A program made the translations under genes and the position numbers. The notes under the pieces were generated by a model that had not been told where the DNA came from, ran no database searches, and saw nothing but the letters and a program-made list of their open reading frames with translations. A DNA stretch of 32,000 bases from Trichlorobacter lovleyi SZ (GTDB taxonomy: Bacteria > Desulfobacterota > Desulfuromonadia > Geobacterales > Pseudopelobacteraceae). Every line of letters begins with the position of its first letter. Within the stretch, counting starts at the first letter, position 1. The DNA lies in assembly GCF_000020385.1 (NCBI RefSeq), contig NC_010814.1, forward strand, positions 2,790,001 through 2,822,000, in the 5' to 3' direction. Below, piece by piece: positions 24,837 through 30,599 of this stretch.

Positions 24837-25538
24837 ATGCATCAGCTTACCCATGACGTTCAGCAAAGACAGCAGTTTTTTGATCAGCTCTGTGCCGCCT
24901 GGAGCAGTGAATACCGGCAGCGTGGCGGCAGTATCCACTGCGGCGAAGGCTGCGGCGGCTGTTGTTCACTGGTGGTCAACTGCAGCTTCCCCGAGGCGCT
25001 GCGTGTAGCCGGGGCGCTCACGGCAGAGCATCACAGCCGCTTACGGGACCGGGTTGCGGCCATTCAAGAGACGGCAGACCGGTCCGGCGATCTGAAGCAG
25101 TGGCTTGCCGCCTACCGCCGCTTACCGGAGGCCTGCCCGTTTCTGAACCGGTCCGCAGCCTGCAGCATCTATCCGGTCCGTCCCTTTTCCTGCCGTTCAC
25201 TGCTTTCAACCCTGCCGCCGGACTGGTGTGTAACCGATTTCAGCGGCCTGACCAGCGAGGAAAAGCATGCCTTTATGGCCGCGCTTGACCGCACCAGTGT
25301 CGCCTTTCCGACCCACTACGCCGCAACACCGCAGGAAATTGGACAGGAGCTGGAGGAGGCCACCCTGCGCCAAATGGAAACAGTTTACGGATTTTCCATC
25401 ACAGGGTCATTGCCCTGGCTGGTCTGGCTGGAAGCGGAATATCATCTGAGCCGATTGCTTCCGGAGGGACGTGAGACCGTGCAACGCTACCTGGCGGAGC
25501 GGAAGCTGCTGAACCAGTTTCTGGTGGTGATACTCTGA
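24837..25538 (+). CDS. YkgJ/UPF0153-type cysteine-cluster (CxxCxxCC family) protein
   Basis: CGEGCGGCC is followed by ACPFLNRSAACSIYPVRPFSCR. This spacing is typical of the putative Zn/Fe-chelating CxxCxxCC domain. Confidence 0.72.
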   Translation: MHQLTHDVQQRQQFFDQLCAAWSSEYRQRGGSIHCGEGCGGCCSLVVNCSFPEALRVAGALTAEHHSRLRDRVAAIQETADRSGDLKQWLAAYRRLPEACPFLNRSAACSIYPVRPFSCRSLLSTLPPDWCVTDFSGLTSEEKHAFMAALDRTSVAFPTHYAATPQEIGQELEEATLRQMETVYGFSITGSLPWLVWLEAEYHLSRLLPEGRETVQRYLAERKLLNQFLVVIL

Positions 25539-25544
25539 AAACAA

Positions 25545-25571
25545 AAAAGCCCCGGTTTGAGCGGGGCTTTT
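25545..25571. terminator. Bidirectional rho-independent terminator (ykgJ-like gene and csp)
   Basis: The sequence aaaagccccg-gtttgag-cggggctttt has an A run upstream and a T run downstream. Confidence 0.8.
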
Positions 25572-25596
25572 CACATTCATTTCACAGCGAGCCGGA

Positions 25597-25797
25597 TTAA
25601 ATGCGGGTTACGTTGGCAGCCTGCAGCCCTTTCGGACCCTTGACCACTTCAAATTCAACCGTATCACCTTCAGCAAGGGACTTGAAACCGTTGCTGTTGA
25701 TAGCAGAGAAGTGAACAAAAACGTCTTCGCCACCTTCCTGCTCCAGAAAACCAAACCCCTTGCTGTCATTGAACCACTTAACTCTACCTGTTGTCAT
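25597..25797 (-). CDS. cspA: CspA-family cold-shock protein
   Basis: [33 protein letters not shown] carries the RNP1 and RNP2 motifs. The product is 66 aa. SD aggag lies upstream. Confidence 0.97.
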   Translation of the reverse strand: MTTGRVKWFNDSKGFGFLEQEGGEDVFVHFSAINSNGFKSLAEGDTVEFEVVKGPKGLQAANVTRI

Positions 25798-25855
25798 ACC
25801 CTACTTCTCCTTCTGTGTCCTGCTGGTGTAATGCACCCATCATGGCGGGTGTTTG

Positions 25856-25898
25856 AAAACAATAAAAGGCCCCGGCAACTTCCAAAGTCACCAGGGCC
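25856..25898 (-). terminator. Intrinsic-terminator-like hairpin between the kinase-fusion gene and csp (kinase terminator and/or csp leader attenuator)
   Basis: The minus-strand RNA reads GGCCCUGGUGACUU-ugg-AAGUUGCCGGGGCC, ~14 bp including G-U pairs. It is followed by UUUUAUUGUUUU. Confidence 0.6.
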
Positions 25899-25980
25899 GT
25901 AAACTTCGCAAGAGTTTGCAGCCTAGCACAGAGTCCGGTGCAAGTGTGTTAAAAATTTTCCGCGCAAAAATTAATTTTAT

Positions 25981-27534
25981 CTAAATTTGACTGTGCAACA
26001 TCCCCAGCAGCTGTTCAACCATGGCCTCCGGCTGCATGGTCGCATCCAACGGGACCAGTAACGCCTCATCCCCGCCTGGCTGTTCGAAACGTTCCATCTG
26101 TTGTTGATAGACCAGCCAGGTTCCGTCCGAGACCGAATTTCCAAGGGCCTGCCGCTGCTCAAGGCGCTGCCTGACCACCGTTTCAGGGCACTGCAGCTGC
26201 AGAATGACCGGCACCACCCCTGACTCAGCAGCCAGACGGACAAACCGTTCCCGCTCCGCACGGACACGAAACGTTGCATCAACAATCACACCGGCACCGG
26301 AGATCAGCTGCTCCCGGGCAGCTTCAAGCAGACGATCATAGGTTGCCCGGTTCCAGTCCGGGCTGTAAATGGTACTGTTGCGCTCCGTCGGGGTCACTCC
26401 TGCCAGACGCTTGCGTTCCAGGTCAGAGGAGAGGTATTGCAGCCCCAGCTGAAAGGCCAGTTCTTCTGCTACGGCCGTTTTACCGCAACCGGTCGGACCA
26501 CAGGTAAGAAACAGCTGCCGGGGGAGCTGTTCACGCAGGACGTACCCCCGTGCAAGCCGGAAAAAACGTTGTGCCCTACCGCATGCAGCCTGCTTTTCAT
26601 CGCTGGAGATCATGGCATCATCCAGACGGAAGCTTTCCACTTTGCCGCGGATAAAGGCCCTGTTGGCCAGATAGAGCGGCAGCACCTGCTGCAGGGTGGC
26701 ATCGCCGCTTGCAGCCTGATAGTGACCGATAAAACTGAGCGCCAGGTCCTGACGGCCATGGTTGGCCAGATCCATGGCCAGGAAGGCCACATCAGCGGCG
26801 GTATCGCCGTAACGGAATTTTTCATTGAACTCGATGCAATCAAAGATATGCACCTGACCGTCCAGACAGATATTCTCAGCATGCAGGTCGCCATGGCATT
26901 CACGGATAAAACCGTTCTGCAGCCGTTTCTGAAAAAGCTCCCCTCGTTGTTCAAGGCGCTGCAAGGCCCACTCCCCGATCAGAGCGTGGTCCCGTTCCGA
27001 CAAGGTCCGGCCGCAATACGGCACGGTCTGCCGGAGGTTTTCCAGCCAGTTGCTCCTGATCGCCTCAACCGTACCGAACAGGGAGATCCCGTTGCCGTGG
27101 GCAGCTGCGGCATGAAAACCGGCTACCTTAGCGGCGATATCAGCAATATCGGTCTCCGTTACACGCCCCTGCTCCAGCAGGTGTGACAGCATCCGTTCTT
27201 CCGGCATTCTCAGCATCTTGACCGCATACTCCACCGGCGTTCCATCAGCCTGGAAGCTCAACAGGCCTTCAGCATCACGGTACAACGCGACGACCTCAAG
27301 ATAAATCTCGGGAGACAGACGCCGGTTCAGACGCAGCTCTTCATGGCAGTAGAAACGTCGTTTTTCAAGGGTGGTAAAATCGAGAAAACCAAAGTTTACC
27401 GCTTTTTTGACCTTGTAGACATAGCGGTCAGTCAGAAAGAGATGGGAAATATGAGTCTGAAGATGCTGCACTGTCGCGGTGGGTTCAGGGTAGCGGGCGG
27501 GATTCAGCATATGATCGAGCAGAGAACGATCCAT
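25981..27534 (-). CDS. Fusion of an APH/choline-kinase-like phosphotransferase domain and a P-loop (AAA_33/zeta-like) kinase domain
   Basis: The catalytic loop is HGDLHAENI and the metal-binding segment is IFDCIEF, both in the N-terminal ~330 aa. Walker A LTCGPTGCGKTAVAEELA lies in the C-terminal ~180 aa. SD aaggag lies upstream. Confidence 0.82.
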   Translation of the reverse strand: MDRSLLDHMLNPARYPEPTATVQHLQTHISHLFLTDRYVYKVKKAVNFGFLDFTTLEKRRFYCHEELRLNRRLSPEIYLEVVALYRDAEGLLSFQADGTPVEYAVKMLRMPEERMLSHLLEQGRVTETDIADIAAKVAGFHAAAAHGNGISLFGTVEAIRSNWLENLRQTVPYCGRTLSERDHALIGEWALQRLEQRGELFQKRLQNGFIRECHGDLHAENICLDGQVHIFDCIEFNEKFRYGDTAADVAFLAMDLANHGRQDLALSFIGHYQAASGDATLQQVLPLYLANRAFIRGKVESFRLDDAMISSDEKQAACGRAQRFFRLARGYVLREQLPRQLFLTCGPTGCGKTAVAEELAFQLGLQYLSSDLERKRLAGVTPTERNSTIYSPDWNRATYDRLLEAAREQLISGAGVIVDATFRVRAERERFVRLAAESGVVPVILQLQCPETVVRQRLEQRQALGNSVSDGTWLVYQQQMERFEQPGGDEALLVPLDATMQPEAMVEQLLGMLHSQI

Positions 27535-27594
27535 ACCATCATCTCCTTATGACTGCCAAAAGCAGTATACACCTGAAGTTGCCACTGCTCAAAC

Positions 27595-27627
27595 AAAAGA
27601 AGCCCCGGACAGAGCGGGGCTTCTTTT
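27595..27627 (-). terminator. Rho-independent terminator after the MFS gene
   Basis: A 13-bp stem (aaaagaagccccg / cggggcttctttt) with a 7-nt loop. On the minus strand it is followed by a T-rich run. Confidence 0.8.
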
Positions 27628-27652
27628 GAAGGCAGTTCAGGACAAGCCGTTG

Positions 27653-29050
27653 TCAGGCCCTGGATTTCTCAATGGCATCCCAGTTACGGGGAGCGCGTAC
27701 CTGTGGAGCTTCAAAGCCGAGGAATACTTTGAGACCCAGCGAAAATTCAGCCCAGAATTCCTGCCAGCGTGAAGGTTCAGCCTCACCGGCAACGGCCTTC
27801 TTCTTGTCAGCCAGGAAGACACTCAAGGCAGCGCCGCAAAGCAGCAGCACACCGGCAGCAATAAAGGAGTTGTTGTTGCCGTTCGGCATGGCCTTGATCT
27901 TGTCAGCGGCCTGCACCAGGACAAAGCCGCCAAGTCCCCAGGCGGTAAACAGGGCGCCATAGTTAAGACCGTAATTCTTGAGTCCCCAGTAATCTTTGGC
28001 AAAGGAAGGGAACAGGGCCAGGTTGGAACCGTAGTTAAAGCCCATGAAGGTTGCCAGAATAACCAACATGACCGCATTAGGGTTGGCGGTAATTGGAATG
28101 GCGGCAAACATCAGAGAAGCCTGGAAGGCCAGCATGATGAACAGGGTGGCACGACGGCCGATCCGGTCAGACAGTACCCCGGCAACGATCCGGCCGGCTG
28201 CATTACCGATTGCAGCAATGGCAACCGCCACAAAGGCCATCTCGCCCATACTCTTCTTGGCCATGCCTGCCACGCTGCCGATCACCATCAGTCCGGCACC
28301 GGCACCGATGAAGAAGCAGATCCAGAGCACATAAAACTTGGGAGAACGCAGCACTTCGCCAACCGTGGCGTTAACCTCTTCCTTTTTCTTCTTTTCAGCA
28401 TCAAGGGCAGGATAGTAGCCACGCAGTACTTCACGGGGCACGTAGCCTTTAGGCGGGTTAACCAGTAAGAAGGAAAGACCGCAGACCACCACCAGGAAGC
28501 CGATCCCCAGGATCAGCATCGAATTCTGGATACCGAAATGCCCCAGCAGAAACTTTGCCAGGGGGGCGATGTAAACAGGCGCAAGGCCAAAACCAGCTAC
28601 GACAATACCTGCCACCAGGCCTGTCTTGGCAGAAGAGAACCATTTAATGGCGGGCGGAGTGGCGGCAGAATAGCCAAATCCGAAACCGGCACCAGCCAGA
28701 ACACCAAAACCAATGACCCAGCCTGCAAAACTGTTGGTAAAGCCGAGCATCACAAAACCGGCGCCCACCAGCAGGCCGCCGATCAGGGCGGTCTTGGCCG
28801 GACCGATCTTGTCCTGGGCCTTACCGGCAATGATCATGGCAAAGGCAAAGGTCAGACAGCAGACCGCATAGGGGGTACCGACCGAGGTCATTTCCCACTG
28901 AAAGGCACCGGGGCCACCGGCCTTGATGGAGCCGACGATGGCCTCTTTAAAAATACTCCAGGCGTACAGCACTCCCAGGGCCAGGTTGATACCGGTACCG
29001 GCGATAACCACCTGCCAGCCCCTGCTCTTGTGTGGATTCTGATCAGACAT
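27653..29050 (-). CDS. MFS transporter, oxalate/formate antiporter (OFA) family
   Basis: It has 12-TM-type hydrophobicity. OFA-like segments include GWQVVIAGTGINLALGVLYAWSIF, DKIGPAKT, LRSPKFYVLW, SDRIGRR and LALFPSFAKDYWGLKNYGLNYG. The ATG at 29050 has SD ggaggg. Confidence 0.88.
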   Translation of the reverse strand: MSDQNPHKSRGWQVVIAGTGINLALGVLYAWSIFKEAIVGSIKAGGPGAFQWEMTSVGTPYAVCCLTFAFAMIIAGKAQDKIGPAKTALIGGLLVGAGFVMLGFTNSFAGWVIGFGVLAGAGFGFGYSAATPPAIKWFSSAKTGLVAGIVVAGFGLAPVYIAPLAKFLLGHFGIQNSMLILGIGFLVVVCGLSFLLVNPPKGYVPREVLRGYYPALDAEKKKKEEVNATVGEVLRSPKFYVLWICFFIGAGAGLMVIGSVAGMAKKSMGEMAFVAVAIAAIGNAAGRIVAGVLSDRIGRRATLFIMLAFQASLMFAAIPITANPNAVMLVILATFMGFNYGSNLALFPSFAKDYWGLKNYGLNYGALFTAWGLGGFVLVQAADKIKAMPNGNNNSFIAAGVLLLCGAALSVFLADKKKAVAGEAEPSRWQEFWAEFSLGLKVFLGFEAPQVRAPRNWDAIEKSRA

Positions 29051-29101
29051 GAACACCCTCCTCGTGGATGATATGATTCTTTGGAAGCGTTGCTTCATTA
29101 A

Positions 29102-29117
29102 CGCAACTGACGTGCCA
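29102..29117 (-). promoter_or_regulatory. Sigma-54 (RpoN) -24/-12 promoter upstream of the MFS gene
   Basis: The minus strand reads TGGCACGTCAGTTGCG. This matches the consensus TGGCACG-N4-TTGCW with exact GG/GC spacing. It lies ~55 nt upstream of the ATG at 29050. Confidence 0.65.
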
Positions 29118-29211
29118 AACCGCCCGATCTCACAAAAAGGTTTTTTTATGTTTAATATCTGTCAGTTAAAACGAAGCAGGCATCGTACCGCCTTCGTCAT
29201 CCCCCACCAGC

Positions 29212-29290
29212 TTTGCAGCAATGCAAACAGCGTTTCACGGCAAACCGGCAGGTAACCACCTGGAGACATTACATTTGCCATTTTGCAAAA
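29212..29290. promoter_or_regulatory. Cluster of TTGCA/TGCAA palindromes; candidate enhancer (UAS) or operator sites
   Basis: TTTGCA-gcaa-TGCAAA lies at 29212-29227. A perfect palindrome TTTTGCAAAA lies at 29281-29290. Extra half-sites (TTTGCC, TTTTTGC, ATGCAA) lie nearby. The cluster is 100-180 bp upstream of the sigma-54 promoter. Confidence 0.35.
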
Positions 29291-29377
29291 ACCTGTTTTT
29301 GCTTTACATTGATATCGCATTTATGCAACAAACAAAAATATCAAACGTCATGTATACAACGACAGGACTTCGCCCGG

Positions 29378-29872
29378 ATGAACAGACAAAAAAACAATGA
29401 GCATCGAACACTGTGTGCCCGTTGTGGAGGCCAATGCTGCCGCACCAGACCAGGCATTGAGGCGCCGGAACGTTTTCTGGCCCAGCCTGACCCTGCAGCT
29501 GCCCTGGCCGCATTGCTGATACAAAATGAATGGGGGCTTGAAACACACTACGGGGTACCCTACACCCCCGGTGTCACCGCGCCTGATCCGGACCGGATCA
29601 TCAAGTACCCGCGGCCTCTGACCATTGGTGAGCAGGACATTGAAAACAAGGACCCCTCCCGCTCTGACGACTGCATCTATCTGACACCAACCGGCTGCAG
29701 CCTGACATTTGAGGCCCGCCCCCGCATGTGCCGGGAGCTGGTACCGGACAGCTGTTTTGAGTGTGAAAGCCCTTGGGGCCGGCGTGAGGCTGCCCTGGCC
29801 TGGCTCCCTCATCAGGATCTTGTTCTGGCTGCCTCCGCCGCCCTGCCACCGCAGGAAGGGGGCTGTCCATGA
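29378..29872 (+). CDS. Second YkgJ-like cysteine-cluster protein (divergent CxxCxxxCC variant)
   Basis: CARCGGQCC is followed by DCIYLTPTGCSLTFEARPRMCR, the same motif order as the 24837 gene. The start is uncertain because the SD is weak. The stop overlaps the next ATG (ATGA). Confidence 0.6.
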   Translation: MNRQKNNEHRTLCARCGGQCCRTRPGIEAPERFLAQPDPAAALAALLIQNEWGLETHYGVPYTPGVTAPDPDRIIKYPRPLTIGEQDIENKDPSRSDDCIYLTPTGCSLTFEARPRMCRELVPDSCFECESPWGRREAALAWLPHQDLVLAASAALPPQEGGCP

Positions 29873-30558
29873 GTTCCCCCCTTGTCCTGCTGATCTCCCG
29901 CAGTGCGAGCCGCTCGCAGATTTACCGCGAGGCGCTTGATACCCTGGGGATTTCCTGTCTGGCCATTTCAGAACTGAAGGAGGCGGTGGTACTGGCATCC
30001 GGCACCCCTTTAAATGGCATACTGCTGGATATGCCGGTATTGATCAAGGCAACGCCGAGTGAGAAGCTCGCCAGTGAAGATATCCTCAAGGCGCTTCCCA
30101 GCGCCTATCTGAACATCGCGCCAGCCACCGACACCATCAAGCTTCTGACCGCAAACGGCATGCAGGGCGTTGCCAGAACAGTCAGCGAGTTTGCTGAACT
30201 CTGCAAAGGTTTTACGCCACGCATGGTTCGCCCCAAGGATCGCTACCCGCTTCATCTGCAGGCTCTGCTGACCGCAACCCCAGGCCAGGGCAGCCCGGAG
30301 CAGACCGTTACCCTGAATGTCTCGTCCCAGGGCTGCTTCCTGTTCAGCAGCAACCCGGACTATCAGCTCAATCAGCAGGTAGAGATCCAGTTTATCGACC
30401 TCGCAGACAAAGACCCGGTCAGGGCCACCATCTGCTGGCTGAGACGATGGGGTTCAGGCGAGCACCAGATACCGGGTATTGGTGTCAGCTTCGATACCCT
30501 CAGCGAGACCCAACGTTCCGAGATCATCCGCCTGTTGGAACCGCTGCAACCGCACTGA
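29869..30558 (+). CDS. PilZ-domain protein with an N-terminal receiver-like (degenerate) domain
   Basis: The C-terminal half carries the c-di-GMP-binding PilZ signatures RPKDR (RxxxR) and LNVSSQG (D/N-x-S-x-x-G). The N-terminal ~110 aa has a beta-alpha pattern (VLLISRS...ILLDM) but lacks the acidic pair of true receivers. Confidence 0.75.
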   Translation: MSSPLVLLISRSASRSQIYREALDTLGISCLAISELKEAVVLASGTPLNGILLDMPVLIKATPSEKLASEDILKALPSAYLNIAPATDTIKLLTANGMQGVARTVSEFAELCKGFTPRMVRPKDRYPLHLQALLTATPGQGSPEQTVTLNVSSQGCFLFSSNPDYQLNQQVEIQFIDLADKDPVRATICWLRRWGSGEHQIPGIGVSFDTLSETQRSEIIRLLEPLQPH

Positions 30559-30599
30559 CCCCAAACCGTCAGATCACCCACAGACACACACAGGTGCCT

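Noticed and set aside
25981-27534. Reading the P-loop half of the kinase fusion as a zeta-type toxin of a toxin-antitoxin module.
   Set aside because: It is fused in frame to a large APH-like domain. No small antitoxin-sized ORF with an SD is adjacent. The context is chromosomal housekeeping and transport genes.
29171-29197. Hairpin acgaag...cttcgt followed by UUUU on the minus strand, between the palindromes and the sigma-54 promoter. It could be another terminator.
   Set aside because: The stem is only 6 bp with a 15-nt loop, which is too weak to call. It is more likely incidental within the promoter and enhancer region.
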